Source of the DNA: Azolla caroliniana
Taxonomy: Eukaryota > Plantae > Polypodiophyta
Length of the DNA stretch: 64,000 bases
NCBI GenBank assembly: GCA_043228905.1
Contig: JBHGNT010000015.1
Coordinates: forward strand, 7,564,001-7,628,000
Direction of reading: 5' to 3'
A program made the position numbers and the translations under genes. Shown here piece after piece: positions 25,014-37,789 of the stretch; position 1 is the stretch's first letter, and each line of letters begins with the position of its first letter. Below the pieces are notes generated by a model. That model did not search any database. It was not told the origin of the DNA and was given only the letters and a program-made list of their open reading frames with translations.

Positions 25014-26519
25014 GTGGTACACTACATAGAGGCGGAAGAGAAAGCGCAGATGGACCGGTTGCTCGTCACAACCGGAGAACTAGAGACGGCCCAGTTAAGG
25101 ATCCGGAGCTTAGAACAAGACTTGGACCTAGCCACAGAAGAATTGGCCAAAATGGCCTTAACCGGACCACCGATCCAAGCACCGGTGACTCTGGTAAATG
25201 TACAGAATAAAGAAACACTGGCATCTGTACATAGCAATAAGACCCCGGAGACGGAACCAGTCCCGGAGATAGTGGCGGCGCAAGCAAAAGAGCTTGCTGA
25301 ATTGAGAGATGAATTGGCCGCATAGGAAGCCTTACGCACCCAAGAGTGGGACTTGAAGAAAGCGGCAAAAGAAGAGCAAAGAAAGACTACTGAGAACCTC
25401 CGCAAGGCAGAAGACAATCTGCGGAAAGGACATCAGGCATATGACCGGCTGAAGGAGGAGAAAGAGAAGAAGCTGTAAGAAAAGGAGAAGTTGCGACGGA
25501 TGGCGGAAACAGAGATCGAAAGACTGAAAGAAGAACTCCGTCAACAGAAGGATCGGTAAGACCGCGCTCGCTTGCAACTGTACCAAAAGCTGAAGCAGAA
25601 GAACGATGATTTTGAGCACCTGCACCAAGACTACAAGCACCTGGATACAGAGCATAAGAAACAACAACAGAAGATGGCAGCGCTCCGGCAGGAGGTGCAT
25701 CGAGTTGAGATGGTGCTAGGGGAGGAACGGGCTGAAAGAATCACGCTGCTGGAGGAAGCCACGCAAGAACGTATGGAGCTCCACAAGCAGCATTATGAGG
25801 AGAAGGAAAGAGCGACAATGGTATTGCAATGGTTGCAGAACACCTATCAAACCCAATTGTCACATTACTGGGAGCAGGAGGTGGATACGGTGGCAGTGAT
25901 CAAGCAGTTGAAGGACGAACGACAAGCCGAGGAGGACAAATCGAAGATGGGATTGGAGTAGATCTAATTCATTGTCCAGGCATGGAAGAATAAGACAAAA
26001 CGCTTGATTGACGAAAGCTCCGCGCAATGGTGGGACAAAAGGGCAAAACACACAGCCGAGCTCCAGTTGCTAAGGGCGGACGCGGAAAACCAGCAAAAGG
26101 ATGGCGACGACTACTCCATGCTAACAAAAGAGGACTTCACTGCCATAAGAGATGAGTTAGCAGAAGATTTTGTAACTCTGGCGGAGGAATAATCAGCAGT
26201 GGTCCAGCAACTGGTAGCACAGCTAGACAATGATCGGCTGGATGCTCAAATCCAGTTTGAAAGCTATGAGCAGACCAGGCTACAGAGAGAAGAAGCAAAG
26301 CAGGCGGTGACCGTCAACCTCAGCGATGAGGAGCCATCACCGGAGCAAGGATCGGACGGAGACAAGGCCGGGGCGAGTCAACTAGAGTCAAATTCGGCAG
26401 AGCGGCTAACAGAGGAATCACTGCCACAACCGCCGGTACTGGGAGCCGAACCGACGCCATCTAAGGAGCAACAGTCGGAGGAGCCGGAGCCACAACAACA
26501 GCAACAACAGCCACAATAG
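25014..26519 (+). pseudogene. Coiled-coil ORF3 of Gypsy A (copy 2) between pol and the 3' LTR
   Basis: Same-frame fragments separated by stops, ending in poly-Q. Homologous to copies 1 and 3. Confidence 0.8.
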
Positions 26520-26835
26520 CAGCCACAACAGCAACAATAGCCACAACCGCAACAACAACAGAGTTCCGAACAACCATTGGATACCCTGGAGCAGAGTATT
26601 CTGGATATTTTGGACGAAGGCTAAGGGCCATATAGTGGGATTCGACGTACAAGGTACTGTCCCACGGGCGTGCCATGTGTTACCCGGCCGACAAAGGAGT
26701 TAAAGATCAGAATGTGAAAGGGATTATTATTCGGAACCTATTTTAATTAAGTAGAATAGATTATAATTAAGTAGTGAATGGACGGACCGAAATTGGTATG
26801 CTGATCCGGATCCGGACCCGTTCCGAACAGGTGCC

Positions 26836-29800
26836 TGTTACCCGGCTGACAAAGGAGCTAAGGACGCCAAGACGAGGGTGTGAAAAGGGGAATTGTTATT
26901 TGGGAATCTGTTGTAATTACTAGTCTTAATATATTAATATATGAGAAGATGTGGACGGACAGACCGGAATCGGTATGCCGATCCGGATCCGGACCGATCC
27001 CGAATAGCTGCCGGTTGGCACCGTTTTGTACTTCCACCTGTGACCTATATAAAGGCTCGGTTACAATGTAGTCATTAACGGAGAGTAATATAAACCTTTT
27101 GTTTAATCATTGAGTATTGTTCACCATTCTGTGCTTATTGTATATCTTACGCATGTTAATGACGTATTGTCAAGTAACCGATTAAGGTCCAATTAAGCGT
27201 TGTGTCGTAAGTTATCTCGCCATAACACCCTTTGGTGAAGTGTCTTAAGTGGACACCCTATGTTAGGTTGTTGTCCGGCCCTAAGGATTAACACAGTTTT
27301 TGGCGACCACGATTCCTGCACAATCGCAGTGAACAACGGCGGGAGTCGATGACTAGGCCAACGGACGACCCGGTTACAGAGAGAGCACGAAGACTTGCTA
27401 AACGGTGAAGGCGGCAAGAGGCTTTCAAGCAAACAGCGGAAGAAATCCGATCGGATCGATCATTTTCCAAAGTTATTCGGAAAGTGGCGGAGTAGTCTCC
27501 GGGAAGCGGAATTCCTTCTCGAGGCCTTGGCCGGAGGAGACCGCGAATCCGAAGCATTTTCGGCGCTAGAATCGGATTCGGAAGGGGGTTACAGCGCGCA
27601 CACGAACTATCGCAGCAGTAACAACACCCCAGGAGGACCGGACGATGAGGAGTCGGATACATTACCGACACTAGAACTAGAATTGTTAGACCAGGAACCT
27701 CCGACACTAGACGTGGAGCAACCTCTGGAGCCGGAAGAGTACAAAGAAAGACCTCCGACACCGGAAGTCGAGGAGGAGAACCCGGGAACACCGAAGGAGG
27801 AGTAACACAGACCTCCGACACTGACAGAGGACTGGCAAAGACCTCCGACTCCGACAGGGGACCGGCCACTGGCAAGTGAACCCATCAGCCAACCCTTCGT
27901 GTGCAGACGCAACAACAGGGCACCGGCAGCCAATGGCTCCGGTGGATAGGATAGCAGGTTTCCGGAGTGATACTATATGTAGAGGCGGAAGAACAAGCGC
28001 AGATGGAATGGTTGCTAGTCACAACCGATGAACTAGAGACAGCCCGGTCAAGGATCCAGTGCCTTGAACAAGACTTGGATCGGGTGACAGAAGACATGGC
28101 CAAAATGGCCTTAACCGCAACACAGATCCAAGCACTGGTGACTCCGGTGGATTTACAGAATAAAGAAACAACCACACCTATACATACGAATAAGACCCGG
28201 GAGATAGAAACCGTCCCGGAGAAAGATGCAGTGCAAGCCCAAGAGCTTGCCGAATTAAGGGACAAACTTGCCGCACAAGAAGCACTACGGAGCCGCGAAA
28301 GAGATTTGAAGAAAGCGGCAGAAGAGGAGTTAAAGAAGACTGTTGAAAACCTCTGTTGGGCAGAAGAAAATCTACGGAAAGGGCATCAAGCTTATGACTG
28401 GCTAAAGGAGGAAAAAGAAAAATTGCTGCAGGAGAAGGACAAGATGTGACGAATGGCGGAAACGGAAATTGAAAGGCTGAAAGAAGAACTCCGTCAACAA
28501 AAGGACCGGGAAGACCGCGCTCGCCGGCAAATCAACCAGAGGTTGAAGCAGAAGATAGAGGACTTTGACCACCTGCACCGGAACTTTAAGAGCTTGGACA
28601 TGGAGCATAAGCAACAACAGGAAAGGATGTCCGAGCTCCAGCAGGAAGTTGATCGGGCCACGACGGCACTCGCCGACGAACGAGCTAAGAATACAAAGCT
28701 ATTGGAGGAAGCGGCGAGGGACCGGATGGAGCTCCACAAGCAGCACCATAAAGAAAAGGAGAGGGTGACAATGGTGTTACAGAAGTTGCAAACAACCTAT
28801 CAAAGTCAATTGTCGCATTATAGGGAGCAGGAAGCGGACACGGTCAGAATCATCAAGCAATTGAAAGAGGAGCGACAAGCCGTGGAGAATAAATCACAAA
28901 TCGGAACCGAACGGATCCAGTGCATCCTTCGGGCATGGCTAAACAAGACCAAATGCTTGATTAACGAGAACTCCGTGCGATGGTGGACGAAATGGGCGCA
29001 GAATACGGTTGAACTCCAGTTGCTTAGGGTGGACGCGGAAAACCGGCGGAAGGAAGGTGATGACTGTTACATGCTCACATCGGAGGTCTTCACCGCCATA
29101 AAGGATGAGCTGGCAAAAGATTTCACAGCTCTGGCGGATGAGCAATTGGTGCAGGTTCGGCAACTCATAGATCAACTGGACGACGATCAAATGGATGCCC
29201 AAATCCAGTTTGAGAGCTATGAGCGGTCCCGGCTTAGGGAAGAAAAAGCAAGGCAAGCGGTAACGGTCAACCTTAGTGATGAGGAACCGTCGTCGGTACA
29301 AGGACCAGACGGAGACCAGGCCGGGATAAGTCAACCAGAGACAACTCCGACGAAGGAAACAACGAAGGAAACGCCAGTGCCAGAGCAACAATCGGAGTCA
29401 TAGCCGGAGTCGCAACAACCACAATAGCAGTCACCACAACAGCCACAATAGCAACAGACATAGTAGCAACAACAGACTCCCGTCGAGCCACTGAAGACCC
29501 TGGACCAAAGCATCCTGGATATTGGACGAAGAGTAAGGGGCCGGTGTGGGATTTGACGTACAAGGTACTGTCCCACAGGCGTGCCATGTGTTACCCGGCT
29601 GACAAAAGAGCTAAGGACGCCAAGACTAGGGTGTGAAAAGGGGAATTGTTATTTGGGAATCTGTTGTAATTACTAGTCTTAATATATTAATATATGAGAA
29701 GATGTGGACAGACGGACCGGAATCGGTATGCAGATCCGGATACGGACCGATCTCGAATAGGTGCCGGTTGTCACCGTTTTATACTTCGCACCGGTGACCT

Positions 29801-30047
29801 ATATAAAGGCCCGGTTATAATGTAGTCATTAATGGAGAGTAATATAAACCTTTTGTTTAATCATTGAGTATTGTTCACCATTCTATGCTTATTGTATATC
29901 TTACGCGTATTAATGACGTATTGCTAAGTAACCGATTAAGGTCCAATTAAGTGTTGTGTCGTAAGTTATCTCGCCGTAACACCCTTTGGTGAAGTGTCTT
30001 AAGTGGACACCCTGTGTTAGGCTGTTGTCAGGCCCTAAGGATTAACA
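26836..30047 (+). mobile_element. Non-autonomous family-A derivative (A') inserted in the 3' LTR of Gypsy A
   Basis: LTRs at 26836-27293 and 29589-30047; GTGCC TSD at 26831-26835 and 30048-30052; same PBS at 27301. The internal 2.3 kb is a leader/gag N-terminal remnant joined to ORF3, with no pol. Confidence 0.92.
27967..29403 (+). pseudogene. Coiled-coil ORF3 (copy 3, best preserved; one internal stop at 28447-28449)
   Basis: ORFs of 160 aa and 316 aa in one frame. Diverged from copies 1 and 2 with largely conservative substitutions. Confidence 0.8.
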
Positions 30048-30349
30048 GTGCCGGTTGGCACCGTTTTGTACGCAGCACCGGTGACCTATATAAAGGCCCG
30101 GTTACAATGTAAAACTTTAACGGAGAATTAATATAAGCTTCTTGTTTTATCTTCACGTATTGATTACCGTTCTGTATTAATTGTTATATCTTACGCGTGT
30201 ATTAAGTGAATGCCGTATTGCTAAGTAGCTAATTAAGTCGGATTAATCGTTGTGTCTTAAGTTATCTCGTCGTAACACCCCTTTGGTGAAGTGTTTTCCG
30301 TAGATACCTTGTGTTAGGCCATTGTCCAGCCCTAAGGATTAACAAACCG

Positions 30350-30680
30350 CACGTCCTCCGGTACGTGCCAAGAAGAGAATGTGAGATTTCGGCCATGGTG
30401 TGAGATTCCTCCACGTCCTCGTTGACCTCGCTCATGTTTGTGGGTTTCGCCTTACTATCTTCATTGTTGAGATCATTGAGTTCGGGAACCCTCGCCTTGT
30501 CTTTTCTTGAAGGTCTTTTACTCTTTTCCCCATAATGGGTTTGGCCAACCTTGATATGTCTAGCTCCACATATGATCCGAACCACCTTCTTGTTGTAGAC
30601 CAATACCCAACCTTCTTCTTTGATCTTCTTGGGGCGTTGTCGATGTGTCTTGTCCAAACGAATCTAAAAACCGGGTGCTG
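30350..30680 (-). pseudogene. Gypsy C integrase C-terminus and 3' UTR remnant
   Basis: DKTHRQRPKKIKEEGWVLVY is homologous to Gypsy B 16490-16830. Confidence 0.75.
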
Positions 30681-30739
30681 CTTCTAATTAGCCAATCTTT
30701 TTCTTTGAGATGGGCGATGGAAATGTTGGCAATACAACC

Positions 30740-32429
30740 TCATCCGTTTAATTGAACATCCCACCATCTTGATGCATCTTTCCCTTCCTTCCCATGGGTA
30801 GTCCTTATAATCACTTCTTTCCTTTCTTCTTTATAAGTAATAACCATCGATTTTAACATGATATCATCTTCTTTGATACCAACCTCAATGTTAATTATAC
30901 TTACAACATCATTATAATCATCCTTGAAATTAACTGCATCTTTAATCATCAAATCATTTATCACAAGATAACCGTCATATTCAATATCATTTACCCTAAA
31001 CTCATCCTTCTCGAACATACTCACAACACCAACATCGTCATTAAACACATCCCAAACCATCATTGCATTTTCTAGATTTTCCTTACTTATACCCTTGTGA
31101 TCATTATGCAACCCCACATTATCATGGACATATTTTTGTAGAACATCCTCATCATCGCAAAACCCTATTCCATTTTCATAATGGATGTCCTCATGAATGT
31201 CACCATTTGATTTAGTGAAAAATCTATCACGAAGAAAACCAATACAACCTAAAACACAAAAATCCTTTTCATCACTCTCGCCCTCATCATTACCTTTAGC
31301 ATAACCATACCCACAAAAACTGCATAACTTTTTATCATAACCCTCATTCTTCTCATGGCACACACTCTCACCATCAATAATACGCTCTCCCTTACTATCC
31401 TCAAGCCCTAAATCATGCGTATCATTATTATCATCACCATCATTACGTTTAAATGTAAAGTTTTCGTCTCTTCCTAACTTCTTCTCTTGTTCGTGGCTCT
31501 CATTAAACCTATCATACTTGTCATCAAAATTTAGACCATGAGAGTCTTGATCCCAACTACTCTCACCGTCACGACTTTCATCGAGTGCTTTTTCATTAGC
31601 ACAACCATGAAGAGCTCGACCTTGATTTATCCTCTTGTGTTTACAATAATCTTTGACTACGATCATAACCTTGTAGATCTCGAGCACTCTTTGTGAGTTT
31701 GTAATGATCTTTATCTTTGTCATGACCATGTAGATCTTGATCTGTCTCTTCAAGTCCACGTTCTTTGTCAAATGTCTTTTCACGATTGCATTCTTGAGTA
31801 TCTTTGTCATTCCCCTCGAAACGATGTTCTCCATTGCTTGTGTCTTTATGATCGCATCCTTCTCGATCTTCCCTCATGAGCCCATGTTCTTCATCACATG
31901 TCTCTTCATGATCACATCCTTCTTCCGTGCATCTCTCTCTTCTCTTGAGTGCGCAATGATCTTTATGATGACAACCATAACCTCTCCCTTCAAGATCACG
32001 TTCTTTGTCACATGTTTCTCCTTTGTCGAGTTTGCAACGATCCTCGTAATGACCATAGGCATGTTGATATGGATATCTCTCTTCAAAGCCTTGTTCTTCG
32101 TCACATGTCTCTTCACGACCGCAACTATGTCGATCTCGATCATCTTCATCATCGTCACCGTTGAGTAAACCATGAAAAGTTTGAGGCTCGAATCTTGATG
32201 TCAGAGTCACTTCGTACCAATCCGGAATTTCTGGATATAGTCTTTTGACTTGCCTTGCCAACTTGAGATACTCCAGTGCTCTACACTTAACATCATGAAA
32301 CATCATTTCAACGGCCTTCCTTAAAAATGGAAGCATCATGAGCCTCGGACCACCTTCTATTCTTATCGACTCCTCTAAATCGTGTGCATCCAAGATCACA
32401 TCCATCATTCGCGATGCCCCTGTTACCAC
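30740..32429 (-). pseudogene. Gypsy C 5' ORF region: low-complexity acidic/His/Cys-repeat ORFs (31641-32429 and 30740-31834)
   Basis: Begins just after the PBS; repeated EETCDEE/ETCDKERxLE units and a D/E-rich tail. No protease or RT motifs. Confidence 0.5.
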
Positions 32430-34025
32430 CTTGAGTTGTTCACGTCGGGTTCATCAAATAGATGTCGTGTGGTGCATGACACACGTGCCAAACGTCGGGA
32501 TGTGCGCGTCACAAGCATGGACAAGCACCGAGCCTCTATCCGCTAGTGGTTATGGAGGATTGATGATGGGATTTCAGTGTCTACGGGCCGGTTGAACAGA
32601 ACCACCGAGGTCTTTGACTGGCAAGAACGAATCGGGTGAGTTGTGCTTATCGTCTGGTCGTCCTTTGTTGTCGAAGACGCACCCGAACCAGGCTCAATGG
32701 CGCGATGGATTGACGTATAAGCAGCTAAAATGATGCATTAATGTGGTTGAGAGTGAGAGAGAGAGAAACGAAACTTGAGGAAGTGTTTAAGATAGATAGA
32801 TAGATAGAGTTGAATTCCAATTTCGGGTTTGAACCCTTGACTTCAATTTCGAGACAAGACACATCACCAATAAGATTAACTAGGTTTATTATTATTATTA
32901 ATTTTTTATTTGATACATAACTTTCTTAATCGATAGATCCATCCCTTTCCTCCCCTTCCTCTCCTTCTTATATAGATGCCCCCATACATATGTGCATGTG
33001 AGGGTGTAGCACATGCATACAATGCATGGAATGCATGCGATGCATGATCGCCATTTGGCACTCATGCATCACATGTGATGCATGATAACCATGTACCTTA
33101 TCTAAGTTGTCATGTACGAGCAGTTTCCTGTGAAATGTAGAATGAAGAAAAATAATTTTCAAATAAAACAACCTAGTCTAATGGTATGTTTATTGCCTCC
33201 TATCTTGGAGGTGTAAGGTTCAAAACCCTTACTTATACCTCATTGTATGTGTTAGGCTTATTATATATATATATTTGTGTGTGTAATACACACATAAACA
33301 CACATTGCATGTGCACATTAACCATCACCCCTTTCATATATGTGCATATTGCACCTTCTCGATTTTCCTCGTTCCACGAGATTTTCACACTGTTGTCGAA
33401 AATCTTCACGACAGCGTATCAAACCAGTCGGGACAGACGCGACCAGATCGGTCGAATAGGTTGATCGCGACTCATGGTTTCTTGAATATTTTCAGTGTGA
33501 AATGAAAAAGCAAAGTCATTTCTTTAAGTTATATTTTTACCATTATACTTTCACATGTAAATTCTCCTGCATGAGAGCTTCAATGAGTGACATGGTTATC
33601 ATGCAACACATGTAATGCATGAGTGCCAAATGGCAAACATGCATCTCATGCATTACATGCATGTCTTACACCCTCACATGCATCATATGCATGGGGGCAT
33701 CTATAAAAGAGTGGATCGAGAAAAAGCACGGGCTAGGTATTAATCAAGAAATTAAAGGTAAGAAAATTCGTTATCCCATTTGGTGATGTATTAATCTTGT
33801 CTCTCAAATCTAAAGTTTGGCATTCTATCGTATCTCAATCACTCTCTCTCCATTTCAATCTCTCTCAATCAAAAGTCAAGTGTTCTATCTTATCTCAATC
33901 TCTCTCTCTTTCAATCTATCTTAAATACTTTCTCTCTAAAGCTAGTGCAAACTTCGAATCCTTCCGGTCTAGAACCCCAGTGGTTCCGCCTCACGATCCG
34001 CACATAGTGTCGGATCTTCACGATA

Positions 34026-36960
34026 GCATGAGCAATGTCAGGCCATGTCGTGACCATCGCATACATCAAGGAGTCGACTATCGGTGCATATGGTACCGAC
34101 TTCATAAATTTCCCCTCTAGACTGGATGTCGGGCAGTCCCACTTAGACAACGGAGTGCTAATGGTGAGTGGGGTCGAAGTAGATTTAGTCGATTGCATGT
34201 TGAAGAAGTTCTAAGACACATCTAATATAGTTGGATTGGGAGAGAAACAGTTGTCTTCGATTTCGATTCTGACTAATCTTCATGCCAAGAATGCGTCTTG
34301 CCAGACCAAGGTCCTTCATGGCAAACTTCAACCACAGTTGCCGAACAAGTTTGGCGAGCTCTTCGGCTTGCTGACCGGAGAGTAGCATGTCATCCACATA
34401 GACGAAGACGAAGATGGGAGACACATATCATGTTGTTTTGGTGAAGAGGTAGTGGTCCTCATTGCTATTAGTGAAGTTGACCCACTAGATCAAGTCGTTG
34501 AACTTCTTATACCACTTTCACGGTGCCTATTTCACGCCTTAAAGACTCTTCCTTAGTCAGTAGACTAGATGTTCTTGGCCGGTTGCCACGAAGCCTTTTC
34601 GCTGCTCTATATAAATTTCCACCTCTAGATCACCATGGAGGAATGCCATTTTCACATCTAGTTCAATCAACTCCAAATTCTCGGTTGCAACGACGCCAAG
34701 CATAAAGCGGAGGGTTATCATTTTCAACACTAGTGAAAACATTTCATCGAAATCGACGCCATATTCCTTTCAAAACCCCTTCACAACTAATCTGGCCTAG
34801 AATTATGGGCTGGCTAAATCGGATGATTCTTTAATTCTATAGACCCATTCTTTAATCGGAAGAGCACGTCGATTTTTTGGTAATTGGACCAAGTCCTAAG
34901 TCTTACTTTGTTGAATGGAGTTCATCTCCGACGCCATCGCCAAATGTCATGTGGTGGAATCGACGGATGCCAATGCTTCTTCGTATGATGTCGGTTCACC
35001 GGCTTCCGTAAAGAAGATTCCAAGAAAGTACCTCTCTGGGGGGTTACGACAGTCTGTCGGATCTTTGAGGTAGGACGGGACTAGTCACATTGGGTATCGT
35101 GGTCGGATGATCAGAAGCTAAAACATTCGGTTGTGCAGAGTTGAGCGCTGCCAAGTTGGTGCTAGAGGTTTCAACTACCCGTGAAGCCACCTCATGTTGT
35201 GTGTTGGGCTTTATGAAGGGTCAAAACTTTAGAAAGAATGACCCTTTAGACTTCGATAGGCCTTTTCGGCTGTCTTGTGCATAGTTGACTCATTCAACAC
35301 TACATCCGAACTTCAGACGATTTGTCTGTGCTCGATGTTCTAAAATCAGTATCTGATTTCGCCATCTGGTCCATAACCAAGGAGAATGCATTTCCTAGAC
35401 TTCGGTTTGAGTATTCGGTGATTGTCTTTCGGTATGAGGGTGTATGCCTCGCATCCGAAAATCCTCAACTTGTCGTAATTTGGCTTACTACTGGTACATA
35501 ACTCCATTCACAAGTCCTAGGTCTTATTTTGTTGAATGGAGTTCATCTTCGATGCCATCGCCAGATGTCATGTGGTGGAATCGACGGATGCCAATGCTTC
35601 TTCGTATGATGTGGTTCACCGGCGTCTATAAAGAAGATTCCAAGAAAGTACCTCTCCAGGGGTTATGACAGTCTCTTGAATCTTCGAGGTAGGAGGGGAC
35701 TAGTCACATCGGGTATCAAGGTCGGATGATCAGAAGCCGAAACATTCGGTTGTGCAGAGTTGAGCGTTGCCGAGTTGGTGCTAGAGGTTTCATTGAACAC
35801 TACATCCGAACTTCAGACGATTTGTCTGTGCTCGAGGTTCTAAAATCAGTATCCGATTTCGCCATCTGGTCCATAACCAAGGAAGATGCATTTCCTAGAC
35901 TTCGGTTCGAGTTTTCGGCAATTGTCTTTCAGTATGAGGGTGTATGCCTCGCATCCGAAAATCCTCAGCTTGTCGTAATTCGATTTACTGCTGGTCCATA
36001 CTTCTGGAGGTATTTGAAGTCCTAGAGGCCTACTCAGCGACATATTGATTATGTGTACTACCATAAGTAGTGCCTCTGCTCACAAGCTATTCAATAGTCT
36101 TGAGTGTTGGAGCTTGGAAACTATCCTTTCTTGAATTGTTTAATCATCCACTCGGCAATTCCGTTATGCTCCAGACTATGGGATGTCGTATATTCATGTC
36201 ATATGTCGCGTTGTCGGCAGAATCTGACGGATTCTGCAAATTTGAATTCTGCTCCATTATCAGTTGGAAGACATTTGAGTTTTCGGCCAGACTGATTTTG
36301 AACCATAGCGAACCAATCGAACAAAATAGAGAACACTCGATATTTGGTCTTTATCAGATACGCCCACACTTTCTGAGTCAAGTCATCAATAAAGCTGGCG
36401 AAATACTAGGCAGTGCCAAGAGACTTATGTGGCATAGGGCCACAGACGTCCAAGTGAACCAAATCGAGTGGAATCGATTCTCTCAATGTTGACGTCGGGT
36501 GTGTGGTTGCGACATATTTGCCATACTGGCAATGCTCACAGAATTGATGATCCGAGAAGGAGAGTTTGGGTATGTATCCGGCTCTTGATAAATGCGTGAT
36601 GCCAGGCCTTGTTGATGTGTCCTAGTCGTCCATGCCATAGTGATGACATGGGAATGTCAACCAGGAACAAACCACTCTCTCAGAGTGTGACGTATAATGG
36701 GTACAACGAATGTACTTTTGATCCTCGAGCAAGTAGGAGGTTCCCCATGTGGAGTGTCCATCCTCCTGATGAGAAGCATGCACAGATGTCGTATTCTTCT
36801 AGTTGTCCGACTGAGATTAAAGGTCTTGGGAGCTTAGGTACGTGTCGGACATTATGTACTACCAATGTAGAGCCACCTTGAAGGTTGAGCTCTACAATGT
36901 CGATTCCGATTATCACATAGTGCTGCGAATTTCTGACTTGGACTGAGTCGGAATGTCGAG
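34026..36960 (-). mobile_element. pol: Degenerate Copia pol fragment (integrase to RT) interrupted by Gypsy B
   Basis: LKCLPTDNGAEF, LRIFGCEAY, KSRKCIFLGY, LDVKMAFLHGDL, VYVDDMLL and PYAPIVDSLMYAM. Confidence 0.85.
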
Positions 36961-37424
36961 CTGAGTATTGCCGAAATTCGCAACGATGAGCTCTCTCTCA
37001 CTTTGTATCCATTCTCTCTGTTTACCTAATAGTCGAGTTTCCAAATAACCGTGTGTATACTTTGTGTCTATCACATATGCCTCCGCACACGTATTCTTTT
37101 ACAAATACGGGTACTGAATTACTGATACAGAAGAGACATCTTGATACATGGAGGTCTTCTTGTGTGGAAATTGATGATAAGTTGTTAGCCTTAAAGCTCG
37201 ATCCTGAGAACCTTGCATGTTTGTTGAAGGGTCTAAAAGAGAAAGGTTTTGATACTTTGTGTCCATCTGTAGTTGAGCACCCAACATGTATGGAAAGTAC
37301 CATTACAAGTATTAGTATATCATGATATTGGTTCATATTTTGTATTGGTATAAAATATCTTACGTGCTAATATATTGTAGTTTGTGTCTCGTTACTACAT
37401 CTGTGTATTCTGTAGTACTGATGA

Positions 37425-37625
37425 TTTAGTATTGAAGGTCTTACTTGTTTAGTTGTACTAAAACTACTCATTGCATTGTATTTCTTGGTGTTCGGTTGAT
37501 TTAGTACTGAAGATCTTAGTTGTTTAGTTGTACTAACATTACTGATTGCATTGTATTCCTTGGTGTTCGGTTGATAAGTACAGATGGTTTGGCACTAAAG
37601 GTCTTAATTGTTTAGTTGTACTTGT
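37425..37625. repeat. ~75-bp tandem repeat, about 2.5 copies
   Basis: ttagta.tgaag.tctta.ttgtttagttgtactaa...cattgtatt..ttggtgttcggttgat repeated. Confidence 0.75.
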
Positions 37626-37789
37626 TGTATTAGTACTAACATGGTTCAAGCCATGTTCATTAATGGTTTAAAGATATGTATCCAGGTCATTTAGTACTTA
37701 CGGAGTCGCAAGTTCCCTTTCCAAGTTTCTATGGTTATTAATGTGATTCTTTTTGTAGTATTGGACTCATGTTATAATATTTACTCTTG

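Larger units (their letters stand above)
18192..30344 (+). mobile_element. Full-length Gypsy family-A element inserted beside the PPT of Gypsy C
   Basis: 5' LTR 18192-18640; 3' LTR 26678-26835 plus 30053-30344 (TGTTA...TAACA). AACCG TSD at 18187-18191 and 30345-30349. PBS tggcgaccacg (tRNA-Arg-like) at 18648. Confidence 0.92.
17235..33413 (-). mobile_element. Gypsy C (relative of B), internally deleted, inserted in the 3' LTR of Gypsy B
   Basis: Highly similar ~940-950 bp LTRs at 17235-18173 and 32463-33413. GCGT 4-bp TSD at 17231-17234 and 33414-33417. PPT (ggtgggggtgga on -) at about 18174-18185; PBS at about 32440-32457. Confidence 0.88.
1994..34025 (+). mobile_element. Gypsy B LTR retrotransposon (5' part not in view), host of several nested insertions
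   Basis: gag with zinc knuckle CVWCDSMDHRRRDC, then protease, RT (LPQDATNS, PFLDDIPIKG), RNase H and integrase. PPT-like ttggtggcggtgga precedes an LTR starting tgtcgt at 16905. The LTR resumes at 33418 and ends cacgata at about 34025. Confidence 0.8.

Noticed and set aside
32440-32457. tRNA gene
   Set aside because: Only an ~18-nt primer-binding site next to an LTR; no cloverleaf.
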